Source of the DNA: Gemmatimonadota bacterium
Lineage (GTDB): Bacteria > Gemmatimonadota > Gemmatimonadetes > Gemmatimonadales > Gemmatimonadaceae
Length of the DNA: 64,000 bases
NCBI GenBank assembly: GCA_016719105.1
Contig: JADKAQ010000046.1
Span: forward strand, 518,272-582,271
Reading direction: 5' to 3'
Translations under genes and position numbers: made by a program
Shown here: piece by piece, positions 1-10,144 of the stretch
Position numbering within the stretch: position 1 is the stretch's first letter
Layout: each line of letters begins with the position of its first letter
The notes under the pieces: generated by a model
Told to the model about the DNA's origin: nothing
Database searches by the model: none
The model's input: only the letters and a program-made list of their open reading frames with translations

Positions 1-99
1 AGCCGTCTTTCCCCCGTGATTCTGGTGCGTGATGAAGCGCGCGTTGTACTGCTCGGCGTACGCCTCGTCGTAGAGCTGTTGGAGCGCTTCGGGCTTCAC
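1..99 (-). CDS. 5' end of a CDS running off the left edge (product unknown)
   Basis: Reverse strand reads GTG(97-99) then KPEALQQLYDEAYAEQYNARFITHQNHGGKT, open to position 1. Only 33 codons are visible, so no product call. Confidence 0.3.
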   Translation of the reverse strand, partial: MKPEALQQLYDEAYAEQYNARFITHQNHGGKTA

Positions 100-217
100 G
101 GCAATGGCTCTCTCGGTGCGGGTTCGCGTGAGCCGTCGAAGAGTGGCAAGAAGTAGACCGTCTCTCCGGATCTCCGGGTCCCCAGGTCCGCGGGTCTCCG
201 CAGACGCTCGACGCGTG

Positions 218-907
218 TCAGTCCCTTCGCACAGGTAGGGCGGTCGCCCTGAGGATCCGGTCGAGCCGAGGATACTCCTGATCCATGAAGGCGTTGCCGC
301 CGCGCTCCAGCGGCCCCTGTTTCCCCTGTCGCACCCCACCCCCCGACTCTTCGCCGTAGCCCGCGTAGAGCGAGTCGATCACCCCCATCCCCTCCACCAC
401 CGTCCCGAGGACGGTGAACGGCTCCGTGTCGTTCCGCGCGTTGTTCGCGAGGTTGATGTAGATCTGCGTGTTGCGCGTCGCCGGCCGGCCGGGCCCCTCG
501 TACGAGAAGGCGAAGGTCCCGCGCTCGTTCCGCGACCGCGGCGGATCGTCGGCCAGATAGCGTCCCTTCCAGACCGCGTTCACCGTCGGGTCGCCATGCA
601 GCCCGAACTGCGCGATGTAGCCGGCACGAACGCGATGGACGCGCGTGTCGTCGAAGTACCCGAGCCGGGTCAGATTGTAGAGTCGGTCGGCGCCGATGGG
701 GCCCCAGGCGCGATGGAGTTCGAGTACGAAGACGCCCTTGGTGGTCTCGAAACGCAGGTGCGAGCGCTCAGGAGCAGCGCGACGCCATTCCGCATGGGCC
801 GGATCGAGCACTATCGCCCGACGTTGAATCTGCGACAGTTCAGCGACACTACCACGGGAGATACAGGACAGCGCTGTCGCGGACACTGCAAGAACAGCGA
901 ATCGCAT
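218..907 (-). CDS. cyclophilin-type peptidyl-prolyl cis-trans isomerase, secreted
   Basis: Cyclophilin-like blocks VHRVRAGYIAQFG, GTFAFSYEGPGRPATRNTQIYINL and FTVLGTVVEGMGVIDSL. Start taken at ATG 905-907 (MRFAVLAVSATALSC signal); the ORF is open to 970. Confidence 0.85.
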   Translation of the reverse strand: MRFAVLAVSATALSCISRGSVAELSQIQRRAIVLDPAHAEWRRAAPERSHLRFETTKGVFVLELHRAWGPIGADRLYNLTRLGYFDDTRVHRVRAGYIAQFGLHGDPTVNAVWKGRYLADDPPRSRNERGTFAFSYEGPGRPATRNTQIYINLANNARNDTEPFTVLGTVVEGMGVIDSLYAGYGEESGGGVRQGKQGPLERGGNAFMDQEYPRLDRILRATALPVRRD

Positions 908-966
908 GCTGAGCGGTAGGCGACCGCGCCCGTGCCCATGGACCGAAGAGACGCAGGACATCGACA

Positions 967-1896
967 TCACGCGCGAATTCGCCCGAGCAGGTCGACCAGC
1001 GCTGCGACGACCGAGTCCTCTCGCTCGATGTGCATCCAGACATGCGTCGCGCCGTCGAGTTCCCGCTCCTCACCACGCGGGACCGACCCGGCCAGCAGTC
1101 GATTGACCGCCTGCTTCGCCCCGTTCACCCCGCGCTGCATTCCCTCGGGAAGCGAGGCGGTTGGCGAGGCGTCGATTCCCATCGCCGACAGCACGATGAG
1201 TGGGACATCCGGGAGCCCTCCCGCTCGTCGCAGCGGTTCGTATACCAGCGCCTCCGTCTTCTGTCCCTCGAAGAAGCCGGCGCGCCACCGCTCGACGTGC
1301 CGCGCGATCAGCGGCCCCCGAACCCCCTCCGGCCAGCGCTGCAGCTTCTCGGCGAAGACGCCGCGCCAGAGCTCGAGCATCTCCGGCGGGAAGTCGGGAA
1401 TTGGCGCATCGACGAACTGCGCGAACAGCTCCCGCACCTCTTGGGGATAGTGCGCATCCAGCTCCTCGTGCGCCGGATCCAGCAGGAGCAGCCCGGCGAC
1501 TTCCGCAGGGAATCGCTGGGCGAAATGCCGCGCGAAGGCCCCGCCCAGGGAGTGACCGACCAGCAGATATGGCGGCGCAGCGCCCAAGGCTTCGAGCAGG
1601 GCGCGTAGCTCGTCAACGACCTCCGGCGCCGAGCGCGGAAGGTCTGCCGCATCGCTCCACCCGGTCCCCCCACGGTCGTATAGCACAGTTGCGCTATGTT
1701 CGGCGATGCGTTCGAAGACGTTGAGATAGTCGAGCCCGATCGCCCCCGCTCCCGGGAGGATCACAACCACCGGGCCGCCGGACCCCTTCGTATGAACGAA
1801 GAGCCGACGTCCGGAGACGTCGACCAGGCGACCCACGGGCGGGGCGCCCCCCTCGGGAGCCGCGCTCCGACCTTCCATCAACTCGGGCGTCATCAC
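967..1896 (-). CDS. alpha/beta-fold hydrolase
   Basis: 309-aa ORF with nucleophile elbow GHSLGG and the oxyanion-region pattern VVILPGAG. Confidence 0.85.
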   Translation of the reverse strand: MMTPELMEGRSAAPEGGAPPVGRLVDVSGRRLFVHTKGSGGPVVVILPGAGAIGLDYLNVFERIAEHSATVLYDRGGTGWSDAADLPRSAPEVVDELRALLEALGAAPPYLLVGHSLGGAFARHFAQRFPAEVAGLLLLDPAHEELDAHYPQEVRELFAQFVDAPIPDFPPEMLELWRGVFAEKLQRWPEGVRGPLIARHVERWRAGFFEGQKTEALVYEPLRRAGGLPDVPLIVLSAMGIDASPTASLPEGMQRGVNGAKQAVNRLLAGSVPRGEERELDGATHVWMHIEREDSVVAALVDLLGRIRA

Positions 1897-1980
1897 GAAC
1901 TCCTTGAACGGGGGAGGTGACGTTCGGCAGGCGATCGCCTACATTCTCAATATTGAGAACATGAACGGAGAAATGCAAGA

Positions 1981-2529
1981 ATGTCCAAGTCGGCGGTCGA
2001 CCTGCTCATGCATCCTGTGCGGATCCGCATCGTCAACGCCCTGGCCGGGGGGCGGACCCTGACCACGGCCCAGCTCTGCGACCAGCTCCCGGACGCGTCG
2101 CAGGCCACCGTCTATCGGCACGTCGCCGCCCTCACCGAGGGGGGGATCCTCGAGGTGGACGGCGAGCAGCCGGTGCGCGGCACCCTCGAGCGCCGCTACC
2201 GCCTGCACCGCCAACAGGCCGCCATCGACGCCAGTGTCGGGCAGGTGATGTCGGCCGACGAGCACCGGCGACTCTTCACGGCGTCGATGGCGGCGCTCAT
2301 CGCCGAGTTCGATGGCTACCTGCAGCGCGACGGCGCCAACCCGTATGTCGATGCCGTGTCGTACCGGCAGACCGTCGTTTGGCTGAGCGACGCGGAGCTC
2401 GCCAGCATGATTCGTGAGTTCCAGCAGCTGCTGGCGATGCGCGGGTCCGAGGAGCCAGCGCCCGGGCGATCGCCCTATATGCTCAGCACGATCCTCTTCC
2501 CGGCCGCTGGCGGCGAGACGAGCGCCTGA
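1981..2529 (+). CDS. ArsR-like winged helix-turn-helix transcriptional regulator
   Basis: N-terminus HPVRIRIVNALAGGRTLTTAQLCDQLPDASQATVYRHVAALTEGGIL is a typical ArsR/SmtB-type wHTH. Divergent from the hydrolase gene. Confidence 0.75.
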   Translation: MSKSAVDLLMHPVRIRIVNALAGGRTLTTAQLCDQLPDASQATVYRHVAALTEGGILEVDGEQPVRGTLERRYRLHRQQAAIDASVGQVMSADEHRRLFTASMAALIAEFDGYLQRDGANPYVDAVSYRQTVVWLSDAELASMIREFQQLLAMRGSEEPAPGRSPYMLSTILFPAAGGETSA

Positions 2530-2596
2530 CGCGCGCGCGCACGACGACGTGTGCGCCCGTCGACCCGAGCACGCACAACCGTGGTGCGACCCGCGC

Positions 2597-4303
2597 TCAC
2601 TTGAACGCGGTCGAATCCCGCCAGACTTCGCGCCCCCCCAGGACGGTCAGCACGACGGGCGTCCGGGTGATCTGAAAGGGCGACACCCTGCGCAGGTCCG
2701 CGGAGAGCACGATCACGTCCGCGAGCTTCCCCACGGCGATCGTCCCCAGCTCCTGCTCGGCGTCGCTCGCCATCGCGCCACCCAGCGTGTAGGCCTTGAG
2801 CATCGTCTCGACGTCCACACGCTCCTCCGGAAAGAAGGGGGCGTCGGTCGAATCGTCCGGCGACTGGCGGGTCACCGCCACCCGGATCGCCTGCAGCGGA
2901 TCGAGCGACGACACGAACCAGTCGCTGCCGCCTGCCATGATCGCGCCCGTCCGGGCCATCGTCGCCAGCGGATACTGCCATCGCGCCCGCGTGGGACCGA
3001 TGCGCGGCTCGGTGAGCTCCTTCATGTACGTATCGCGAAACGCCCAGAGCGCCTGCCAGCTCGCCACCACGCCTAACGAAGCGAAGCGGCCGATATCCGT
3101 CGAATCGAAGAGCTGGATGTGCACGATCATGGGGCGCGGACCGCCCGACACGCGGCGCGACCCGTGGCGCTGCTCGATCGCGTCGAGGCTCGCCCGGATG
3201 GCGCGATCGCCGATGGCGTGCACGTGGATCTTGAAGCCCGCCGAATCGAGGGCGCGCGCGATCGCGTTGAAGCGCGCCGGCGGGAGGTTCAGGTCGCCGC
3301 GAAAGCCCGGACGATCCGTGTAGTCGGCGAGCAGCGCCGCCGTCCCCCCCTCGAGCACGCCGTCGGCGAAGATCTTGGCTGCCACCGGGCGCACCATCGG
3401 CCGCGCATACCGGTCGCGAAGGGCCGCCAGCCCTTGCACCTGCTCCGGGCCACTGTCCACGTTCACATGCAACGCGACGACCGTGCGCACCGTGAGGCGC
3501 CCGAGCGAATCGGCATCGGTGTAGGCGCGCAGGATCTCCTCCGTGGCGCTGGCCTCGTGCCAGCTCGTGATCCCCAGCTGGTTCGCGCGCCGCACCGCGC
3601 GCTCGAGCCCGACGCGCATTTCCTCGCGCGTGTGCGGCGGGATGTGCTGCTGGACCAGCTCCTGCGCCGACTCGCGCAGCGTTCCCACGGCGTTCCCCCG
3701 GGCGTCGCGCACGATCACCCCGTTCACGGGATCCCGCGTGTCGCGCGTGATTCCCGCGATGGCGAGCGCCCGCGAGTTCGCCCACCCGTTGTGCCCGTCC
3801 GCCGACGACAGGAAGGCCGGGCGACCGGGGACGAGGGAATCGAGCAAGGCCGCCGTCGGCGTCCCCCCCGCAAAGAGCGGGAGCGCGAAGCCGCCGCCAC
3901 GAATCCACGATGCGTTCGGGTCGCGCGCATTGCACTCGGCCACCACCTCACGCAGCCGTTCGATCGTGGCGATGTCGGCCAGGTTGCACTCACCGAGCTG
4001 CACGCCGGCGCTCACCGGGTGCACGTGCGTATCGACGAAGCCCGGCATCAGCAGCCGATTGCCCAGCGTGACGACGCGCGTGTTCGCCCCGATCAACGAA
4101 TCGACCCCGTTCTCGTCGCCAACGTAGACGATACGGTCCTTCCGGATGGCGACCGCGCGCGCTTCGGGCTGCAGTGAATCGCCCGTCCACACCGTCCCCC
4201 CGCGAAAGACAAGGTCGGCCGCGTGCTCGTTCGTCGACGAGCATGCCGCCGCAAGCAGCCCGATGACGACCAGGGCCGCCGACGAGGACGGGATTCTGTG
4301 CAT
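2597..4303 (-). CDS. amidohydrolase-family metal-dependent hydrolase (lipoprotein signal)
   Basis: 568 aa. Signal plus lipobox LLAAAC. Metal-ligand blocks FVDTHVHP, IHVHAIGD, HIQL and GSDW are typical of YtcJ-like TIM-barrel amidohydrolases. Confidence 0.85.
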   Translation of the reverse strand: MHRIPSSSAALVVIGLLAAACSSTNEHAADLVFRGGTVWTGDSLQPEARAVAIRKDRIVYVGDENGVDSLIGANTRVVTLGNRLLMPGFVDTHVHPVSAGVQLGECNLADIATIERLREVVAECNARDPNASWIRGGGFALPLFAGGTPTAALLDSLVPGRPAFLSSADGHNGWANSRALAIAGITRDTRDPVNGVIVRDARGNAVGTLRESAQELVQQHIPPHTREEMRVGLERAVRRANQLGITSWHEASATEEILRAYTDADSLGRLTVRTVVALHVNVDSGPEQVQGLAALRDRYARPMVRPVAAKIFADGVLEGGTAALLADYTDRPGFRGDLNLPPARFNAIARALDSAGFKIHVHAIGDRAIRASLDAIEQRHGSRRVSGGPRPMIVHIQLFDSTDIGRFASLGVVASWQALWAFRDTYMKELTEPRIGPTRARWQYPLATMARTGAIMAGGSDWFVSSLDPLQAIRVAVTRQSPDDSTDAPFFPEERVDVETMLKAYTLGGAMASDAEQELGTIAVGKLADVIVLSADLRRVSPFQITRTPVVLTVLGGREVWRDSTAFK

Positions 4304-4441
4304 GATGCGCCGCGCGTGTGAGGACGGGCGACGTTACCGGACACGCGGTGCACTGTCAAACGCGCCGCATGGGCGCCGTGGGCGCGACGTGGCGGCGGCC
4401 AGGGATGCCCTGCGCCGCCGCCCGGTGGCTTGGTGAATCGT

Positions 4442-5710
4442 CTACGGCGTCTTGACCGACAGGACCTGCAGCCCGGCACTCCCCTGCGCCACGAACATCG
4501 CGTTGTTGTCCGAGGCGATGTAGTTGGCCGAGCCGGGGAGGAGGAGCCGTCCGAGCGGCACCAGGGTCGGGCGCTGTCCCGAGCCGACGCCGCGGTGGTC
4601 GCTCCAAGTGACGGCAACGCCGGCTCCGCCGTCAGCCGCAAGAATGAAGTCCCCCGACAGGCTCACCGCGTTGGTGACAGCGTCGGCCGAGGAGACACCC
4701 GGGACGTTCGGGCGCGGGACGATGCCGCGCACGATGCCGCCGGAGAGGTCGACGACCTGCACGCCACCGTCGCCGGTGGCGACGAAGCCCCACGTGTCGG
4801 TGAGCGCCACCGACGACTTGGAGTCGGGGATCGTCCCCCCCTGCAGCGAGACGGTGCTGGTGAGCGCCCCTGTTGCCGCGTTGTAGAGACGCAGGCGCGC
4901 CGGCCCGCCCTGCGACACTGCGACGTACTTCCCCGACGCCCCGGTCACCGCGCGCGCGTCGGCGAAGACATCGCCCGAGACTCGCGCGAGCGTGTTGCGG
5001 TCGAGGATCGTGAGCCCTCCCACCCCCGGTCCCCCGTTCCCGGAGGTGACGTACACCCACTTGGACGAGACGTCGACCCCGGTCGCCACGTAGCTCGGGA
5101 GCTGCACGCGGGTGGTGGTCGTGCTGAGCCGCCCGCCCTGCAGGGCGATGCGCTCCAGCACCGCCCGTTCCTTGTACGTGGGGTCCTCGCTGGACGTGGC
5201 GAGGTAGATGTGCGAGTCGCTCACCGCGAGCGCGAGTACGTCGGACGTGCTGAGGATGGCCTGCGAGACCAGTCGCGGGCGGTCGGGGGTGGAGATGTCG
5301 AAGACCTCGACCGCCCCGCGCGCCACCTCGCCTAACGTCATGTAGGAGACGTAGGCGAACGAGCCGCGGACCACGACGTGCGAGGCGAGCAACGCGCTCC
5401 CGTTCACCCGCGGCGCACTCACCACCGCCGAGCGAAGGAAGGTCGTCGCGGAGGGCGGCCGTCCCACGCTGGCATTGAGGCTCGCGCGCACTCGCGCACT
5501 CGCGCCACTCGCGGAGGTGTCGGCCGTGAGTTGGACCGTGTCACCGGTGGTGTATTGCACGCGGTCGGCAAACTCGGGGGCGTCGTTCGAAACGGTCAGG
5601 CGCTCCTGGTCGGCATCGGGGGCGATCGGCATGTCGCTGGTGCTGCAGGCCGAGAGCGCGGCGAGCGACGCAAGGAGCAGGGTAGTCGGGACGAGTGCGC
5701 GAGCGGTCAT
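4442..5710 (-). CDS. secreted beta-propeller-like lipoprotein with LVIVD-like repeats
   Basis: Start at ATG 5708-5710 (MTARALVPTTLLLASLAALSAC lipobox). Recurrent A-Y-V-x-x-x-G-x-V-x-V-F/D-x-S-x-P-x-x-P-x-x-V-like repeats, e.g. FAYVSYMTLGEVARGAVEVFDISTPDRPRLV. Confidence 0.6.
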   Translation of the reverse strand: MTARALVPTTLLLASLAALSACSTSDMPIAPDADQERLTVSNDAPEFADRVQYTTGDTVQLTADTSASGASARVRASLNASVGRPPSATTFLRSAVVSAPRVNGSALLASHVVVRGSFAYVSYMTLGEVARGAVEVFDISTPDRPRLVSQAILSTSDVLALAVSDSHIYLATSSEDPTYKERAVLERIALQGGRLSTTTTRVQLPSYVATGVDVSSKWVYVTSGNGGPGVGGLTILDRNTLARVSGDVFADARAVTGASGKYVAVSQGGPARLRLYNAATGALTSTVSLQGGTIPDSKSSVALTDTWGFVATGDGGVQVVDLSGGIVRGIVPRPNVPGVSSADAVTNAVSLSGDFILAADGGAGVAVTWSDHRGVGSGQRPTLVPLGRLLLPGSANYIASDNNAMFVAQGSAGLQVLSVKTP

Positions 5711-6146
5711 CGGGGGACTCCGGGGACAACGGTCGGCGCGTCCGCCTCCATGCGGGCGACGCCGGCGCCGTGGGGAGCAACCCATGTGCCCCCCAGCGGG
5801 CGGATCCGCATCTGCCGCCCTGACAACGACTTGCCGCAATCGCTCGGCAACCTCTGCCGCCTCTCGTTCGCGCCGCCGCGGCGCAAAGTGCCGGGGGAGG
5901 CGCGCGCTGCGGCAGGAGCCGCGGCGCGCGGCCGGCGGGGACGGCCGCCTCGCGCCGGGAGCGCGGGCCGGTTCTCAGGCCCCATCGCGGGACGGCGCTC
6001 AGGCCCGTTCGCAGCTCCATCTGCGGGCCCGGTCGCAGGCCCGTGCGCGGGCGGTGGAGGACAGGGGCCCGACCGAACCGCGGGGGCGTGCTCGGCGCGT
6101 CGCGTTCGGAATTGTATACTAAATCCGAACCCCTACCCGATCTCCG

Positions 6147-7760
6147 ATGTCCCGCCTTGCACTCCCCCTCCGGCGCCTCACCGCCTCCCTCGCGGCCCCC
6201 GCACTCGGCTGCGCGGCACTCGCCTGTCTGGCGCTCGCGACGCCGCTCGCGTCGTCCGTCGCGCAGGGGACCAAGGGCCGAGCGGCCGCCGGTCCCGATT
6301 CGCGCGCCATCCTCCAGGAGCTCGACCGCTACATCCCCAAGGCGCTCGCGGAGTGGAACGGGGCGGGGGTGGCGGTGGGGATCGTGAAGGACGATTCGCT
6401 CATCTACGCCAAGGGGTTCGGCGTTCGGGCGGTGGGGAAGCCCGACGCCGTCGACGATCGCACCGTCTTCGCCATCGGTTCCAACTCGAAGTTCTTCACC
6501 GCCGTGGCCGCCGGAATGCTCGCCGATGACGGCAAGCTGTCGCTCGACGACAAGGTCACGAAGCACCTGCCGTGGTTCCAGCTGTACGATCCGTGGGTCA
6601 CGCGCGAGTTCACGCTGCGGGACGCGATGTCGCATCGCAGCGGGCTGGGGCGGCGCGGCGACGGGCTCTGGTACGGGACGCCGTATTCGCGCGACGAGAT
6701 CATCCGCCGCGTGCGCTACCTCGCCCCCAACACGTCGTTCCGCACGGAGTTCGGCTACCAGAACATCATGTTCCTCACGGCCGGGCAGGCGCTGGCCGCG
6801 GCGGCGGGCACGAGCTGGGACGACCTCATGCGCGACCGGATCTTCCAGCCGCTGGGAATGACGTCGTCCAACACCAGCGTGCGATCCCTGGCGGCCATGC
6901 CTAACGTCGCCACGCCGCACGACCTCACGGGGACGATGACGCGGCCGACCGCGATTCCCTACCTCGACATCGACAACGTCGCTCCGGCCGGCTCCATCAA
7001 CTCGAACGTGCAGGACATGGCGCGCTGGATGCGCTTCGTCCTTGCCGACGGGTCGTTCGGCGGCAAGCAGCTCCTCAAGCGGGAGACGCTGCTCGACATC
7101 ACGTCACCGCACACCATCGCCCAGCGCGTCGTCGCCGACACCGCGGTCCCCAGCACGCACTTCAACCTCTACGCCCTCGGCATCGGCGTGTCCGACCTCC
7201 ACGGGGTGAAGGTCCTGCGCCACACCGGCGGGATCGATGGTATGCTCTCCTACGTGGCGATGGTCCCGGAACGCAAGCTGGGCATCGTCGTGCTCACCAA
7301 CGTCACCGGGCGCAACGCCATGTATGCCGCGCTGGGGACGCGCATCCTCACGTCGTTCCTCGGCGGTCCCACCCGCGACAACAGCGCCCTGGCGCTGGCC
7401 GAGTTCACCAAGGCCGAGCAGGCGGCGGCCGAACGTTTTCGCACGCGCATGGCGCAGCGCCCGGCCAACACGAGTCCGTCGCGCGCGTTAGGCGACTATG
7501 CCGGCACGTTCCGCAGCGAGATGTACGGCGACCTGACGGTGACGCTGGAGAACGGGGTCCTGATGGTACGCTATCCGCGGGCGGTCGAGTTCAAGCTGTG
7601 GCACTTCGCGTACGACACCTTCCTCGGGACGAGCGCCACGGAGACGGCGCCGGGGCCCGACGCGGCGGCGGTGCGCTTCTCGCTCGACCCCATGGGGGTC
7701 GTGACCAAGGTCGACGTGCAGGAGATCGGGGAGTTCACGCGGGTGCGCGCCGCGCGCTGA
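6147..7760 (+). CDS. serine hydrolase of the beta-lactamase / penicillin-binding family
   Basis: 537 aa with signal peptide. S-x-x-K motif in IGSNSKFFTA and Y-x-N in FGYQNIMF. Confidence 0.85.
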   Translation: MSRLALPLRRLTASLAAPALGCAALACLALATPLASSVAQGTKGRAAAGPDSRAILQELDRYIPKALAEWNGAGVAVGIVKDDSLIYAKGFGVRAVGKPDAVDDRTVFAIGSNSKFFTAVAAGMLADDGKLSLDDKVTKHLPWFQLYDPWVTREFTLRDAMSHRSGLGRRGDGLWYGTPYSRDEIIRRVRYLAPNTSFRTEFGYQNIMFLTAGQALAAAAGTSWDDLMRDRIFQPLGMTSSNTSVRSLAAMPNVATPHDLTGTMTRPTAIPYLDIDNVAPAGSINSNVQDMARWMRFVLADGSFGGKQLLKRETLLDITSPHTIAQRVVADTAVPSTHFNLYALGIGVSDLHGVKVLRHTGGIDGMLSYVAMVPERKLGIVVLTNVTGRNAMYAALGTRILTSFLGGPTRDNSALALAEFTKAEQAAAERFRTRMAQRPANTSPSRALGDYAGTFRSEMYGDLTVTLENGVLMVRYPRAVEFKLWHFAYDTFLGTSATETAPGPDAAAVRFSLDPMGVVTKVDVQEIGEFTRVRAAR

Positions 7761-7812
7761 CCGGACCCCGGGGGGGCGCGCCGCGCGCGTCGCGTCCCTC
7801 AGCGGGGGGTGC

Positions 7813-9645
7813 CTACCCCTCCGCCGACAGCACCCGGCGCACGCCGCGCATGAGCGTCACCGGGTCGAAGGGCTTGTAGAGCACCTCGATCGCATCCGGG
7901 AGCTCGGGGGAGTCGCCATTCGAGTGCGGGGCGCTCCCCGTGATGCACAGGACCTTGAGGCGCGGGTGGGTGCGGCGCAGCGAGTCGATCAGCTCCTTGC
8001 CCCCCACCTTGGGCATCACCAGGTCGGTGAGGAGCAGGTCGACGACGCCGTCGTGGCCATCCATGACACGCTTGGCCTCATCGCCGTTGGTCGCCGCCAG
8101 GATCGAGTAGCCAAAGCGCCGCAGCGACCGGATCATCGAGCGCCGGAGCGCCTCGTCGTCCTCGACCACGAGGACGGTCTCGCGCCCTTCGAGGCGATCG
8201 GGGGCGGGGAGCGGCGCCTGGGCGGCCGCGGTCTCGTCGTCCGCGGCCTTCGGGATGAGGATCGTGAACGTCGTCCCCACGCCGACCGTGCTCTCCACGC
8301 TGATGGCGCCGTGCGCCTGACGGACGATGCCGTAGCAGGTGGCCAGGCCGAGCCCCGTCCCCTTGCCGGACTCCTTCGTGGTGAAGAAGGGCTGGAAGAT
8401 GCGCGGGAGGATGCTGGCGGGGATGCCGGCGCCACTGTCGGAGACGCGGATGCGAACCGCCGCCCCGCCGCGAAAGCCCTCGGCCGGCGCGGTGTTCTCC
8501 ACGTTGTCGATCTCGATGACGACCGTCCCGCCGCGCGGCATCGCGTCGCGCGCGTTGACGAGGAGGTTGAGGAGAACCTGCTCGATGTGCCCCGCGTCGG
8601 CCACCACCGGCCAGATCTCCGGCGCCGTGCGCACGTGGAGCACGGTGTTGTCGGGGAGGGCGCGCTGCATGAGCTGTTTGAGGCCGCCGGCGAGCGCATC
8701 CAGCTGCAACACCTGCACCTGCACCGGGTGGCGCCGGGCGACCGCGAGGAGCTGGCGTGTGAGCGAGGTGGCGCGATCGGCCGCAGCGAGCAGCTGCGTG
8801 AGGTCGTCCTGTCGCGGATCCACGCTGGGCATCGTCTCCTTGATCGAGACGCCGTAGGCGAGGATGACGGTGATCAGGTTGTTGAAGTCGTGGGCGATCC
8901 CGCCCGCGAGCAGGCCGACCGCCTCCATCTTCTGGGCCTGGAAGAGTTGCTCGGCCAGTCGCGTCGACTCGGTGGTGTCGCGAATGGTGATCATCGTCGC
9001 GGCGTGTCCCCCCCATTCCACCGGGACGGCGCGCATCTCGGTCCCGACGCGTTCACCGGCACGCACGATCTCCAACGACGTGATGTCGCCGTGCGGGATG
9101 GCGAAGTCGACGGGCTCGCCGATGAAGTCCTCGCGGCGCTTGCCGAAGAGCGCCACGGCCGCATCGTTGACGTAGCGCACGCGTCCCGACGGGTCGACCA
9201 CCATGACGCCGTCGGGAATCACGGCGAGCAGGCGCTCCATCTGCCGCTGCAACCCGAGGGCACGGCGCAGCTTGACGGCGAAGCGGACGGCGGCCGTCAG
9301 CGAGTCGTAGGTCCAGCTCGCCTTGGCGATGCACTCCGTCGCGCCGGTCGAGAGGAGCTGCTGCCGCAGGTTGGGGGGGAGGTCGCCGGTGATGACGATC
9401 GCCGGGACGTCGGGACAGAGGCGCATCAGCCGATGCAGCGTCTCGATCCCCTCCGAATCGGGGAGGTTGAGGTCGAGCAGGATGGCGTCCGGGAGCGGGC
9501 CACGCAGCGCCTCCAGCGCCTCGGCCATCGTCCCCACCTGCCGCAGCTCGAGCGGCGTGGACTTGAACTCGCTGAAGTACTCGCGGACCAACTCGGCGTC
9601 GCCGGGCGAGTCCTCCACCAGAAGGAGCCGAACGGGATCGATCAT
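7813..9645 (-). CDS. hybrid sensor histidine kinase (REC-PAS-HisKA-HATPase-REC)
   Basis: N-terminal REC ([13 protein letters not shown]...LLDLNLPD), PAS segment, H-box [15 protein letters not shown] boxes [19 protein letters not shown] and GTGLGLATC, then C-terminal REC ([10 protein letters not shown]...LLLTDLVMP). Confidence 0.9.
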   Translation of the reverse strand: MIDPVRLLLVEDSPGDAELVREYFSEFKSTPLELRQVGTMAEALEALRGPLPDAILLDLNLPDSEGIETLHRLMRLCPDVPAIVITGDLPPNLRQQLLSTGATECIAKASWTYDSLTAAVRFAVKLRRALGLQRQMERLLAVIPDGVMVVDPSGRVRYVNDAAVALFGKRREDFIGEPVDFAIPHGDITSLEIVRAGERVGTEMRAVPVEWGGHAATMITIRDTTESTRLAEQLFQAQKMEAVGLLAGGIAHDFNNLITVILAYGVSIKETMPSVDPRQDDLTQLLAAADRATSLTRQLLAVARRHPVQVQVLQLDALAGGLKQLMQRALPDNTVLHVRTAPEIWPVVADAGHIEQVLLNLLVNARDAMPRGGTVVIEIDNVENTAPAEGFRGGAAVRIRVSDSGAGIPASILPRIFQPFFTTKESGKGTGLGLATCYGIVRQAHGAISVESTVGVGTTFTILIPKAADDETAAAQAPLPAPDRLEGRETVLVVEDDEALRRSMIRSLRRFGYSILAATNGDEAKRVMDGHDGVVDLLLTDLVMPKVGGKELIDSLRRTHPRLKVLCITGSAPHSNGDSPELPDAIEVLYKPFDPVTLMRGVRRVLSAEG

Positions 9646-9685
9646 CCGGCGGCGCCCTCGCCGCGCCGTGCGCTCACGCTGGATC

Positions 9686-10144
9686 TCACGTGTCAGCCGC
9701 CACGGGGAGGCGGACGATGGTGAACCAGAAGCTCTTCACGCTTTCCACCACCTGCTGCAGCGCCGTGAGGTTCACCGGCTTGGTGACATAGCAGTTGGCG
9801 CCGGAGGCGTAACTGCGCACGATGTCGAGCTCCGCCTCCGATGAGGTGAGGACCACGACCGGGATGAGGCGCAGCTGCGGATCGCCCTTGATCTCCTGCA
9901 ACATCTCCAACCCCGAGCGGCGCGGGAGGTTGAGGTCGAGCAGGATGAGGTCGGGGCGCTGGGCCGACTCGTAGGCGCCGCGCCGGTTCAGGAAGTCGGA
10001 GGCGTGCACGCCATCGACGACGACCGACAGGTCGAGCAGCACATGGCTCTGGTCGAGCGTGTCGCGGATCAGCTCGACGTCGCCCGCGTTGTCCTCGACC
10101 AGCAGGATGCGGATCGGCCGCAGCGCGTTAGGCACTGCGGTCAT
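9686..10144 (-). CDS. single-domain response regulator (CheY/Rcp1-like)
   Basis: Start ATG 10142-10144. ILLVEDNAGDVELI...[13 protein letters not shown]...K(P). The start overlaps the upstream gene stop (10128) by 17 nt. Confidence 0.85.
   Translation of the reverse strand: MTAVPNALRPIRILLVEDNAGDVELIRDTLDQSHVLLDLSVVVDGVHASDFLNRRGAYESAQRPDLILLDLNLPRRSGLEMLQEIKGDPQLRLIPVVVLTSSEAELDIVRSYASGANCYVTKPVNLTALQQVVESVKSFWFTIVRLPVAADT

Noticed and set aside
2475-3935. 486-aa ORF on the reverse strand overlapping the amidohydrolase gene in another frame
   Set aside because: Extreme Arg/Ala/Gly/Pro composition and no motifs. It lies entirely within a gene that has clear family signatures. This is the typical stop-codon-poor off-frame ORF of high-G+C DNA.
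5541-6920. 459-aa reverse-strand ORF spanning the 5711-6146 intergenic region and the start of the beta-lactamase-family gene
   Set aside because: Arg/Pro/Gly-rich low-complexity translation that crosses a divergent promoter region. The forward gene has S-x-x-K and Y-x-N motifs.
7924-9723. 599-aa ORF antisense to the hybrid histidine kinase. The same applies to 12281-14098, antisense to the PAS kinase.
   Set aside because: Low-complexity Arg/Gly/Asp/Ala-rich translation, no SD and no domain motifs. The opposite strand encodes complete, motif-rich kinases.
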